From positions 55,884 through 119,883 of the forward strand of contig CANGFT010000002.1 of the NCBI GenBank assembly GCA_947453205.1: 64,000 bases of DNA. Reading direction: 5' to 3'. Source of the DNA: Beijerinckiaceae bacterium (lineage in GTDB: Bacteria; Pseudomonadota; Alphaproteobacteria; Rhizobiales; Beijerinckiaceae). Position numbers and translations under genes: made by a program. Every line of letters begins with the position of its first letter. Within the stretch, counting starts at the first letter, position 1. The notes beneath the pieces were generated by a model. That model was not told the DNA's origin, did no database searches, and saw nothing but the letters and a program-made list of their open reading frames with translations. This document shows positions 11,210-20,457 of the stretch, piece by piece.

Positions 11210-12564
11210 CGCAAGACAAAGCCGAGACGCAAGACAGCATCACCCGCGCCATCGTCGATTTCGCCTTCGCGAGCTACGCGCGCCCCCTCGACGCCCCGCG
11301 ACGCGAGGCCCTGACGGCGCGCGTGATGGACATGCTGGGCTGCGCCATCGCGGCCTGCGAGGACGAGGAGGTGCGCCGCATCGCCCGCGCCATCGGCTTC
11401 ACGGGCGAAGCGGGCCCCTGCACCGCCCTGTCGCTGGGGCGCGGGAGCGTGGACTCCGCCGCCTTCCTCAATGGCCTCATGGTGCGCTTCCATGACTGGA
11501 ACGACACCTATGTGGGCAAGAACGGCGGCCATCCCTCGGACATCATCGCCGCAGCCATGGCGGCGGGCGAGGAGAGCCATCGCAGCGGCGATGAAGTCCT
11601 GCGCGCCATCGCGACGGGCCAGCATCTCATGCTCGACATGTGCGACGGCTCCAATGCGCTGGCGCGGGGCTGGGATCACGCGACCTATGTGGGCATAGCC
11701 GCCACGGTCGCGGTCGGCCTGCTGCGCGGCCTTGACCGCAAGCAGTTCGCCCATGCGCTGTCCATGATGACGGCGGCGAACAACATGCTGCTGGCGCGCT
11801 CCGCCAAGGTCTCGGCCTGGCGCAGCCTCGCCTCGCCGCAGGCCCTGCGCAACGCCCTCTTCGTGACGGCGCTGGCCAAGGCGGATGTCTCCGGCCCCGA
11901 TCCCGTCTTCGAGGGCAAGCTCGGGTTCCTCGACGTCGTCTGCGGCGATCTCGACCTTGCGCTCGACCCCACGCGCGAGCGCAGCGGCGACACCCATCTC
12001 AAGCGCTTTCCGGCGGTCTTCCACGCACAGGCGCCCTGCGAGATCGCGCTCGCCATGCGCGAGGAGATCGGCCCCGAACTGCTGTCGCAAATCGAGGCGG
12101 TCGAGGTCGCGACCCACGCCTTCGCCATCCATTGGGCAGGCACGATCCCCGCGCTCTGGGAGCCACAGAACCGCGAGACCGCCGACCACAGCATCCCCTT
12201 CATGACGGCGCTCGCCCTTCTGCGCGGGCAGGTGCATCACCACGACATCGAGGCGGGGATCCAGGACGAGGCCGTGCGCGTACTCACAAGGAAGGTTCGC
12301 GTCGTCGAGGATCCCGCCTATTCCGCCGCCTGGCCCAAACAGGCGCCGGCGCGGATCACGGTTGCGGCGGGCGGGCGCAAGTTTGAAAAGGCGCTGATCG
12401 CGGGCCGTGGCCATGCGGCGCGGCCCCTGAGCCCTGACCAGCGGGCTGACAAGCTCATCGACAACGCGACGCCCGTGATCGGCGCGGCGCGCGCGCAGGC
12501 CTGGGCGAAGACTTTGGCGGGCTTCGCCGACATGGCGGATATTTCAGCGGCCCTCCAGCCCTGA
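11203..12564 (+). CDS. MmgE/PrpD family protein
   Basis: AAFLNGLMVRFHDWNDTY..GGHPSD, GWDH, RETADHSIPF and RGH..RP; overlaps the Rieske stop codon. Confidence 0.88.
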   Translation: MVTQDKAETQDSITRAIVDFAFASYARPLDAPRREALTARVMDMLGCAIAACEDEEVRRIARAIGFTGEAGPCTALSLGRGSVDSAAFLNGLMVRFHDWNDTYVGKNGGHPSDIIAAAMAAGEESHRSGDEVLRAIATGQHLMLDMCDGSNALARGWDHATYVGIAATVAVGLLRGLDRKQFAHALSMMTAANNMLLARSAKVSAWRSLASPQALRNALFVTALAKADVSGPDPVFEGKLGFLDVVCGDLDLALDPTRERSGDTHLKRFPAVFHAQAPCEIALAMREEIGPELLSQIEAVEVATHAFAIHWAGTIPALWEPQNRETADHSIPFMTALALLRGQVHHHDIEAGIQDEAVRVLTRKVRVVEDPAYSAAWPKQAPARITVAAGGRKFEKALIAGRGHAARPLSPDQRADKLIDNATPVIGAARAQAWAKTLAGFADMADISAALQP

Positions 12565-12606
12565 CCAGGCAAACCGGCGCATACGGCGCCCAAGGAGATT
12601 GACGAC

Positions 12607-13854
12607 GTGTTGCGAACCAGCGTTTTCGGAGGAGCGGCGAGCGCCCTGCGGGTGCCCATCTTCCGCCGCTACTTCCTCGGCCATTTCATGGCGAGCATCG
12701 GACGCTGGATGTACCGCATGTCCATCGGCTGGCTCGCCTATGACCTCACGGAGTCGACGGTCTGGCTTGGCGCGGTGGCCTTCGCGGACCTTGTTCCCAG
12801 CGCCCTCCTGACGATCTTCGCCGGCGCCATCACCGACCGTTTCGGCTATATGCGGATCATCCGCCACAGCCTCGTCGCGGTGATCCTGCTCTCGACCCTG
12901 CTCGGCGGCCTCGTCATCACCCGCACGATCACAGTCGAATGGCTGCTGCTGATCGCCTTGCTGGCGGGGTCAGCCGAGTCCCTGGGGCAACCGGCGCGCC
13001 TCGCCATCGTCAATGCGCTTGTGCCCAAACATGACCTTTCCGCTGCCATCGCGCTGGGATCGACATCCTTCAACGCCTCGCGCATCGTGGGCCCGAGCAT
13101 TGCGGGCCTGCTCATTCAGGTGACCGGCCCCGGCGTCGTCATGCTGCTGTGCGCGCTGGCGGTCTTCTATTTCTGGCTGGTCGTGCGCCGCATCAATCTT
13201 GAGGAAAAGAGCAAGCCGGCCGCCAAGGGGGATTCGCTCTGGCGCGATACGCTGGCGGGCTTCACCTATGTGCTGGACCATCGCGGCATCCGCTTCGTGA
13301 TGATCCTGCTCACGGCGACGAGCCTGCTGGTGCGGCCGGTGATCGAACTGCTTCCCAGCATCGCACGCCGGATTTTTGAATCCGAGGCGACGGGGCTTTC
13401 GATGATGCTGTCAGGGATCGGCGTCGGCGCCGTCACGGCCAGTCTCGTTCTGGCGCGGCGGGGACAGACGCAGGGCCTCACAAAGGTTCTGGTCTGGTCC
13501 ACCTTCGGCACGGGGCTGAGCGTCTGGGCGGCGCTTCACATGCCCAGCATCCAGCTTGCGGCGGTCGCCTTCTGCTTCATGGGCGTCTTCATGCTCTGCG
13601 GCAATGTCTCAGCGCAGACACTGGTGCAGAACAGCGTCTCCACCGAGATGCGCGCCCGCGTGCTCGGGCTCTTCATCGTCTTCGGCCATGGCCTGCCGGC
13701 GCTGGGCGCGCTGGTGCAGGGCTGGCTCGCGACCTTCTTCGGCCTGCCCGCCGCCGTCGGCGGCAGCGCCATCCTCATGTTGGCCTTCTGGATCTGGGCC
13801 ATGTTCCGCCAGCGCGCCATGGTCGGCCAGCTGGAGATGGGCAGCGACGCCTAG
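12607..13854 (+). CDS. MFS transporter (DHA3/MFS_3-like)
   Basis: About 12 hydrophobic segments; AGAITDRFG, QPARLAIV and EMRARVLG. Confidence 0.85.
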   Translation: MLRTSVFGGAASALRVPIFRRYFLGHFMASIGRWMYRMSIGWLAYDLTESTVWLGAVAFADLVPSALLTIFAGAITDRFGYMRIIRHSLVAVILLSTLLGGLVITRTITVEWLLLIALLAGSAESLGQPARLAIVNALVPKHDLSAAIALGSTSFNASRIVGPSIAGLLIQVTGPGVVMLLCALAVFYFWLVVRRINLEEKSKPAAKGDSLWRDTLAGFTYVLDHRGIRFVMILLTATSLLVRPVIELLPSIARRIFESEATGLSMMLSGIGVGAVTASLVLARRGQTQGLTKVLVWSTFGTGLSVWAALHMPSIQLAAVAFCFMGVFMLCGNVSAQTLVQNSVSTEMRARVLGLFIVFGHGLPALGALVQGWLATFFGLPAAVGGSAILMLAFWIWAMFRQRAMVGQLEMGSDA

Positions 13855-15188
13855 CCTTTCTTGTAGCGGCTTTCGGGGCGCGGCAGGCCCAGATGGTCGC
13901 GCAGGGTCACGCCCGTATATTCCGTGCGGAACAGGCCGCGCTTCTGCAATTCGGGCACGACCATGTTGCAGAAGTCGACGTGCTGGCCGGGCATATAGGG
14001 CGGCAGCACGCAGAAGCCGTCGCAGGCCCTGCTCGTGAACCACTCCTCCATATAGTCCGCGACCTTTTTGGGGCTGCCGTGGATGGAGTTCTTGCCGCGC
14101 GCGCCCGCGCAACGCGCGCCAAGCTGGCGGATGGTGAGGTTCTCGCGGCGGGCCATGGAGACGATGGAATCGTAATGGCCCTTGCTGACGTTGGTGCCCG
14201 GCAGGGGATCGGGCAGCGGCTCGTCGAGCGGATAGGATGAGAGATCGAGCCCGCCCAGCATGGTCGAGAGGATCTCACGCCCGACGATGGGATGGATGAG
14301 GTTCTGCAGACGGTCGAAATCCTCCGCCGCCTTGTCGTCGCTCTCGGCCACCACGACGCTGAGGCCCGGCAGCACCTTCAGGTGATCGGGATTGCGGTTG
14401 TAGTTCTTCTGCATGCGGCCCTTGAGGTCGTCGTAATAGGCCTTGGCTTCCGGGATGTTCAGATGGGGCGAGAAGACGGCCTCGGCGAGTTCGGCCGCAA
14501 GCTCGCGCCCCTCGTCGGAGGCGCCCGCCTGCACCTGCACCGGATAGCCCTGCGGGCAGCGGGGAATATTGAGGGGCCCGCGCACCTTGTAATGCTCGCC
14601 CTGATGGTTGAGGTAGTGCATCCGGTCCGGCTCGAAATAGAGCCCGCCCTCGACGTCGCGCACGAAAGCGTCGTCATCCCAGCTATCCCAGAGGCCATAG
14701 ACGATCTTGGCGAATTCGCGCGCGCGGCCATAGCGCTCGGCGTGATTGCCCACGCGGTCGCGGCCGAAGTTCAGGGCTTCGGCGGGCTGGGCGGAGGTGA
14801 CGAGGTTCCAGCCCGCGCGCCCGTGGCTGATATGGTCGAGCGAGGCGAATTTGCGGGCGAGGTTATAGGGCTCCTGATAGGTGGTGGAGGCGGTGGCGGT
14901 CAGGCCGATGCGCTTCGTCACCATGGCCAGAGCCGAGAGCAGGGTCAGCGGCTCGAAATGGGCGACGAACTGCACGGAGCGCGAGATGGCTTCGATATGG
15001 GCCTGGCGCGTGGCGTTGCTGTCGGCGAGGAAGATCATGTCGAACTTCGCGCGCTCGGCGGCCTGCGCCATCTCGACATAATGTTCGATGCTGACATTGG
15101 CCGCCGGCTCGGCGCGCGGATGGCGCCAGGACGCCACATGATGGCCCGTCGGGTTGAAATAGGCCGCAAGGGTCATCTGCCGCGTCAT
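13851..15188 (-). CDS. LLM-class monooxygenase, NtaA/SnaA/DszA family
   Basis: AERAKFDMIFLADS, FEPLTLLSALA, LDHISHGRAGWNLVTS, VQAGAS..GRELAAE and LRDHLGL. Confidence 0.9.
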   Translation of the reverse strand: MTRQMTLAAYFNPTGHHVASWRHPRAEPAANVSIEHYVEMAQAAERAKFDMIFLADSNATRQAHIEAISRSVQFVAHFEPLTLLSALAMVTKRIGLTATASTTYQEPYNLARKFASLDHISHGRAGWNLVTSAQPAEALNFGRDRVGNHAERYGRAREFAKIVYGLWDSWDDDAFVRDVEGGLYFEPDRMHYLNHQGEHYKVRGPLNIPRCPQGYPVQVQAGASDEGRELAAELAEAVFSPHLNIPEAKAYYDDLKGRMQKNYNRNPDHLKVLPGLSVVVAESDDKAAEDFDRLQNLIHPIVGREILSTMLGGLDLSSYPLDEPLPDPLPGTNVSKGHYDSIVSMARRENLTIRQLGARCAGARGKNSIHGSPKKVADYMEEWFTSRACDGFCVLPPYMPGQHVDFCNMVVPELQKRGLFRTEYTGVTLRDHLGLPRPESRYKKG

Positions 15189-15296
15189 GCTTGTCTCCGC
15201 TCCCTTCAATCTGTCCGCCACCGAGATGGCATGGCGCGCCCGTCATGCCAAGCGCCTTCGCCGTGCGTCTTGATGTGAGTCAAAACGCCCCGCGCC

Positions 15297-16133
15297 TCAC
15301 AACTCCTGTTCGCCGCGGCCCTTGCCGAGCTCCTTGGCCTGGGGCGTCTGCATGTAGAAATTCAGGAACTCATAGGCGAGCCCCGCGTCGTGGATGGAGT
15401 TGAAGGCCGCCAGCGCGGGCTTGTTGAGCACGCGCTTTGTCATGGCCAGCGCATAGGCGTTGCGGCGCAGCAGGGCCTGGGCGATCTCATCGGTCTTGGC
15501 GTCGAGCTGATCGGCGGGAACGGCGTAGTTCACGACGCCCATGGTCGCCAGCTCCTTCGCGGTGAAGGGCCGCGCGAGCATCAGATATTCCTTGGCCATG
15601 GCCATGGGCATCTTGAGCGGCGCGAAGACCGATCCGCCATCCCCCGGCGCCATGCAATGATCGGCCGAGCCGACGATCTTGCCGTCGATCTTGAGGTCGC
15701 CCGCGCTCATGTGATGGTCGGCGATGATGGCGTCCTCGCGCGCGATGATGAAGTCGCAGCCGAGCACGAGATTGGCGCCGAAGCCCACCGCATGGCCGTT
15801 GACCTTGGCGATGATCGGCTTCTCGATGGTGCAGAGCGCCTCGACCGCCCGGGTCACGCCGTTCATGATGTCCCAGTCCGAACCGGGATTGCCGTGATGG
15901 CCATAGGAGGAGGGCGGGATGGTGAAGACGTCCTCCTTGCCGGTGATGACGATCACGCGCACGGATCGATCATCGCGCAATTCCCCCAGCGCGCGCGCCA
16001 CCTCGTCGGCGCGCTGCGCCCCGCCCGGCCTGCCGGTCTCGGCCTTCTCGCGCAGGTGACGCTCAAGACGCTTCAAGGTGATGGTGGCGACCTGCCCCTC
16101 GCGGGTGATGTCGAGCAAAAGATAGTCATACAT
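15297..16133 (-). CDS. Enoyl-CoA hydratase/isomerase (crotonase) family protein, atypical
   Basis: KPIIAKVNGHAVGFGANLVLGCD, PGDGG and AKEYLMLARP...GVVN. Confidence 0.8.
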   Translation of the reverse strand: MYDYLLLDITREGQVATITLKRLERHLREKAETGRPGGAQRADEVARALGELRDDRSVRVIVITGKEDVFTIPPSSYGHHGNPGSDWDIMNGVTRAVEALCTIEKPIIAKVNGHAVGFGANLVLGCDFIIAREDAIIADHHMSAGDLKIDGKIVGSADHCMAPGDGGSVFAPLKMPMAMAKEYLMLARPFTAKELATMGVVNYAVPADQLDAKTDEIAQALLRRNAYALAMTKRVLNKPALAAFNSIHDAGLAYEFLNFYMQTPQAKELGKGRGEQEL

Positions 16134-16167
16134 GGGCGTCTCTCCTGAATTGATGTCGTGGCGCTCG

Positions 16168-17214
16168 TCACATGCCCAAAAGCCTGGCGAATCTCTGCCG
16201 GATGTCGCGCGGGGCCTTTGCGGCCTCGGCGATGAGCGAACGGATGGCCTCGCCGTCGATGGGGCTCGTCAGGATGCCAGCCTTCAGGATCTCCGCGCGG
16301 AACTCCTCATTGGTGGCCATGGCCATGAAGCTCTTCGACAGAACCGCCGCCCGGTCCGCAGGCACGCCGGGAGGAGCTGCGAAGGGGAAGGCCATGAAGA
16401 AAGGCATTTCGGCGAAGTCGAGCAAGGCGAGGTCGTTCGGGTCTTTCACGAGTTCGCGTGCGGTCGGAGCGTCCGGCGCCTCGGGCATCCGCTCCTTGCG
16501 CCCGAAGACGACGAGCGGCCGGAACGCGCCTGCCCGCCATGCGTCGGCGCGCCCGACCAGAACCGCGCTCAGATCGACGACCTGCCCGTCAAGCTCGCCG
16601 CGCTCCATCGCCAGCCAGACTTCGGACACGCCGGGAAAGCCTCTGACCAGCCCGACGCGCGCCTTCAGCATGTCGCGGGCCATCAGGCCGAAGACGATGT
16701 TCGTCGCCCCCGCCGCCGTTCCGCCGAGCTGGACCGGCGGCTCCTGCGCCAGCAGATCAGCGAAGGTTTTGGCCTTATGCGCCTTGTTGACGATGAGCAT
16801 GTAGCCGTCGTCGCGGTAGGAGGTGAGGCTGCCGAGCCAGGTCAGCTTCAGGGGATCGAAGTTGACGTTGGGATCCTCGAGCAGGGCCAGTTGCGGCAGG
16901 GCCCGGTTCATGGCGACGAGGGTGAGGCCTTCGCGCTCCATGCCGTTGGCCATGCGGTTGGCCAGCGCCAGCCCCCCGCCGCCCGGCTGGTTCTGGACCA
17001 CGATGGTCGGATTGCCCGGAACGAACTTGCCGAGATAGCGCGCCACGATTCGCGCGCCGATGTCGTAATAGCCGCCCGGCGAGGATCCCACGAGGATGGT
17101 GACCGTCTTGCCCGCGTAGAAGCCGCCGTCGGTTTGCGCTGATGCGGCGCCGGCGGCGCACAGCAGCGACAGAGCCGCCAGCCATCGGCCAGCCTCACGA
17201 AACAAGCGATCCAT
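16168..17214 (-). CDS. Bug/TctC tripartite tricarboxylate transporter substrate-binding protein
   Basis: FYAGKTVTILVGSSPGGYYD, VVQNQPGGGG and AMERGELDG. Confidence 0.88.
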   Translation of the reverse strand: MDRLFREAGRWLAALSLLCAAGAASAQTDGGFYAGKTVTILVGSSPGGYYDIGARIVARYLGKFVPGNPTIVVQNQPGGGGLALANRMANGMEREGLTLVAMNRALPQLALLEDPNVNFDPLKLTWLGSLTSYRDDGYMLIVNKAHKAKTFADLLAQEPPVQLGGTAAGATNIVFGLMARDMLKARVGLVRGFPGVSEVWLAMERGELDGQVVDLSAVLVGRADAWRAGAFRPLVVFGRKERMPEAPDAPTARELVKDPNDLALLDFAEMPFFMAFPFAAPPGVPADRAAVLSKSFMAMATNEEFRAEILKAGILTSPIDGEAIRSLIAEAAKAPRDIRQRFARLLGM

Positions 17215-17754
17215 TCCAATTCCTCCCGATTATGGGTCAAACCTACCACAGGCCCGCCGCCCCGCAACTTGGCCCATCGCGACCGCTTCCCATAAAGCCG
17301 ATCCGCGCCTATTCTGCCCTGCAAGAACGGTCCAGCAGGGCGAACAGCGGAGGAAAGCATGAAGATCACCCATGGGATCGCGTCTCTTGGCCGGGGCCTC
17401 GCCCTCGCAGGACTGATGCTGACCGCTGGCGGCGCGCAGGCGCAGGAGCCCCCGGATTTCTACCGCAACAAGACGATCCAGCTGATCGTGCCCTTCTCGC
17501 CCGGCGGCATCTACGACCTGACCTCGCGCATCCTCATCCGCTACATGCCCGAGTTCATTCCCGGCCGTCCGCAGATGGTGGTTCAGAACCAGCCGGGCGG
17601 CGGCGGCATCACCGGCGCCAACCGGCTCGCCAGCGCGGTTGAGAAAGACGGCCTCACCATCGCCGCCATCAGCCGCGGCATTCCCCAGCTCGCCATGGTG
17701 GGCGACCCCAACGTCACCTTCGATCCCCTGAAGCTGACCTGGCTCGGCAGCCTC
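16825..17754. repeat. Inverted repeat pair (37 bp identical) inside two head-to-head Bug paralogs
   Basis: CTTCGATCCCCTGAAGCTGACCTGGCTCGGCAGCCTC on the plus strand near 17718-17754 and as the reverse complement near 16825-16861. Confidence 0.8.
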
Positions 17755-18411
17755 TCCTCCTATGACAACGACGGCTATTTGCTGACGATCAACGCCTCGA
17801 ACGCCGCCAAAAGCATCGAGGACATGCGCAAGGGCAAAAGCGTGCATCTGGCGGGGGTGGGCGTCGGCGCCACCAACACCACCTTCGCCCTCATCGCGCG
17901 CGATCTCCTGGGCATGAACATCGCGGAGGTCCGCGGCTTCCCCGGCGCCAACGACATCTGGCTCGCCATGGAGCGCGGCGAGATCGACGGTCAGGTGATC
18001 GACCTCAGCGCCATCATGTCGGCCCGCCCGAACCTTTGGCGCGACGGCCAGCTGCGGGTTCTCGTCCAGTTCGCCCGCAAGACGCGCCTGCCCGGCTTGC
18101 CCGACGTGCCTGTCGCCCGTGAGCTCGTCACCAACCCGGCGGACCGCGCCCTGCTCGAATTCGCCGAAAGCCCCTTCTTCATGGCACTGCCCTTCGCCGC
18201 GCCGCCGAACATTCCGGCTGATCGTGCGAAGATCCTGAAAGACGCCTTCATGAAGGCCTCGGCGGACGCAGCCTTCAAGGCGGAGATGGAGAAATCCGGC
18301 TTCCTCATCAGCCCCATCGATGGGGATGCGGTCGCCGCCGTCATCACGGAGGCCGCCAAGACCCCTGCGGATGTGAAAGCCCGCATGGGCAAGCTGATCC
18401 TGCCGAACTGA
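17359..18411 (+). CDS. Bug/TctC substrate-binding protein
   Basis: FYRNKTIQLIVPFSPGGIYD, QNQPGGGG and AMERGEIDG. Confidence 0.88.
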   Translation: MKITHGIASLGRGLALAGLMLTAGGAQAQEPPDFYRNKTIQLIVPFSPGGIYDLTSRILIRYMPEFIPGRPQMVVQNQPGGGGITGANRLASAVEKDGLTIAAISRGIPQLAMVGDPNVTFDPLKLTWLGSLSSYDNDGYLLTINASNAAKSIEDMRKGKSVHLAGVGVGATNTTFALIARDLLGMNIAEVRGFPGANDIWLAMERGEIDGQVIDLSAIMSARPNLWRDGQLRVLVQFARKTRLPGLPDVPVARELVTNPADRALLEFAESPFFMALPFAAPPNIPADRAKILKDAFMKASADAAFKAEMEKSGFLISPIDGDAVAAVITEAAKTPADVKARMGKLILPN

Positions 18412-19412
18412 TGGCTTCGACGCTGCGCCGCATCTGCCTGATGCGCGGTCCCGGAACCCTGCCAAGCCAGGGCCGGGACCGGATGGACCTCACCCATTAC
18501 AACGTCAAGTTCAGCGGCAAGGGCCTCATGTCGACGCGCGACATGGTGGCCGCGATCCCCGAGGTGCACGCCATCGCCGAGATCGTCCATGACGACGATG
18601 GCCCCAACGACCAGTCGACCCACGAGCATCTGCGCCTGCTGGCGCGCAAGATGAACGGCGTGCTCGCGCGCGAGGACATCGAGGGCGTCGTCTATGTGCA
18701 GGGCACGAACACGCTGGAGGAGACCGCCTATTTCCTCAACCTCACGGTGCGCTCGGACAAGCCGCTGGTCATCGTGGGGGCGCAGCGGCCCTTCACGGGG
18801 CTCAGCACCGACGCCCATCTCAATCTCGTCAACGCCATCCGCGTCGCCGCCTGCGAAGAGGCGCGCGGCAAGGGGGTGGTCACCGTCACCAACAGCGAGA
18901 TCAACGCCGCCCGCGACGTGACGAAGACCTCGACCTTTCAGCTCCAGACCTTCCGCAGCCGCGACCTCGGCCTGCTCGGCTACGCCGATCCCGACCGCAT
19001 CGTGTTTTACCGCGCGCCCCTGCGCGGCCACACGATCCATTCGGAATTCGACATCATGGCCATCGACGCCCTGCCCCCGGTCGAGATTCTCTATCCCCAT
19101 ACCGGAACGAACCCCAGGCTCGCGCGCGCCGCCGTGGCGCTGGGCGCGCAGGGGCTGGTCATCGCCGGCATCGGCGCGGGGGCGCTCGGGCTTTTCAGCG
19201 CGGAGTTGAAGGCGCTGGCGGCGGAGGGCGTGATCGTGGCGCGCAGCGCAAGGGTGGGCGAAGGCCGGGTGCTGCCCATCGGCAACGCCCATGAGGACGG
19301 CATGGTCGCCACCGACAACCTCAACGCCCAGAAGGCCGCCGTGCTGCTGGCGCTGGCCATGACGCGCACGCGCGACCCGGCGGAGCTGCAACGCTATTTC
19401 GACGAATACTGA
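18411..19412 (+). CDS. Asparaginase/glutaminase family amidohydrolase
   Basis: QGTNTLEETAYFLNL, KPLVIVGAQRP, RDVTKTST and DNLNAQKAAVLL. Confidence 0.85.
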   Translation: MASTLRRICLMRGPGTLPSQGRDRMDLTHYNVKFSGKGLMSTRDMVAAIPEVHAIAEIVHDDDGPNDQSTHEHLRLLARKMNGVLAREDIEGVVYVQGTNTLEETAYFLNLTVRSDKPLVIVGAQRPFTGLSTDAHLNLVNAIRVAACEEARGKGVVTVTNSEINAARDVTKTSTFQLQTFRSRDLGLLGYADPDRIVFYRAPLRGHTIHSEFDIMAIDALPPVEILYPHTGTNPRLARAAVALGAQGLVIAGIGAGALGLFSAELKALAAEGVIVARSARVGEGRVLPIGNAHEDGMVATDNLNAQKAAVLLALAMTRTRDPAELQRYFDEY

Positions 19413-19422
19413 GGGAGGGACC

Positions 19423-20448
19423 ATGCGCAGATCGGTTCACGCTTTCGCCTTGCTCGCGGCGCTGGCGCCCGCAGCCGCCCTCGCCGATCCCATCGAGGAT
19501 TTCTACAAGGGCCGCACCATCGATTTCACCGTGCCGGGCTCGCCGGGCGGCGATTATGACCTGCGCGCGCGCATGGTGGCGCGGCATCTGGGCCGGCACA
19601 TCCCCGGCCAGCCCCAGATCGTCGTCCGCAACATGCCCGGAGGCATCGGCATCGCCGCAGGCAACCATCTCGCCAACGCCGCGGCGCGCGATGGCTCGGT
19701 CATCACCATCGTCTTCCAGAACATGCCGATCCTGCAGGCCATAGGCTCGCCCGGCATCCAGTTCGACGCGCGCGCCTTCAACTGGATCGGCAACACCACC
19801 GATGGCCCCAACGTCCTCAACGCCTGGCATACGACCGGCGTCACGAAGATCGAGCAGGTCTATGACAAGGAGCTTGTCGTCGGCGCCTCGGGCACGGGCT
19901 CGGGCGGCTATGTCTATCCCGCCGCCATGAACGCCCTGCTCGGCACGAAGTTCAAGATCGTCGGCGGCTATCCCGGCGGCAACGAAATCAACCTCGCCAT
20001 GGAGAAGGGCGAGGTCGGCGGGCGCGGCTCCAACTCATGGGCCTCATGGAAGAGCGGCCATCCCCACTGGATCGCCGAAAAGAAGATCCATATCCTCGTC
20101 CAGATCGCCCTCAAACGCGCCCCCGACCTGCCGGACGTTCCGCTCATGCATGAGCTTGCGAAGAACGATGAGGACCGGCAGGTGCTCCAGTTCCTGTCCT
20201 CCGACATGGGCATAGCCCGCGCCATCGCGACGACGCCGGGCGCCCCGCCCGAACGTGTCGCCGCCCTGCGGAAGGCCTTTCAGGACATGCTGCGCGACCC
20301 CGCCTTCATCGCTGAGGCCGACAAGGCGCAGATGGAGATCGCGCCCTCGACCGGCGAGGAGGCGCAGAAGGTGGCGGCCTCCATGCTCAACATGCCCGCC
20401 AATGTCATCGCCCGCGCCAAGCAGTTGATCGAGGGGCCCTCGAAATAA
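19423..20448 (+). CDS. Bug/TctC substrate-binding protein
   Basis: FYKGRTIDFTVPGSPGGDYD, VRNMPGG and GYPGGNEINLAMEKGEV. Confidence 0.88.
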   Translation: MRRSVHAFALLAALAPAAALADPIEDFYKGRTIDFTVPGSPGGDYDLRARMVARHLGRHIPGQPQIVVRNMPGGIGIAAGNHLANAAARDGSVITIVFQNMPILQAIGSPGIQFDARAFNWIGNTTDGPNVLNAWHTTGVTKIEQVYDKELVVGASGTGSGGYVYPAAMNALLGTKFKIVGGYPGGNEINLAMEKGEVGGRGSNSWASWKSGHPHWIAEKKIHILVQIALKRAPDLPDVPLMHELAKNDEDRQVLQFLSSDMGIARAIATTPGAPPERVAALRKAFQDMLRDPAFIAEADKAQMEIAPSTGEEAQKVAASMLNMPANVIARAKQLIEGPSK

Positions 20449-20457
20449 TCGGGCCGC

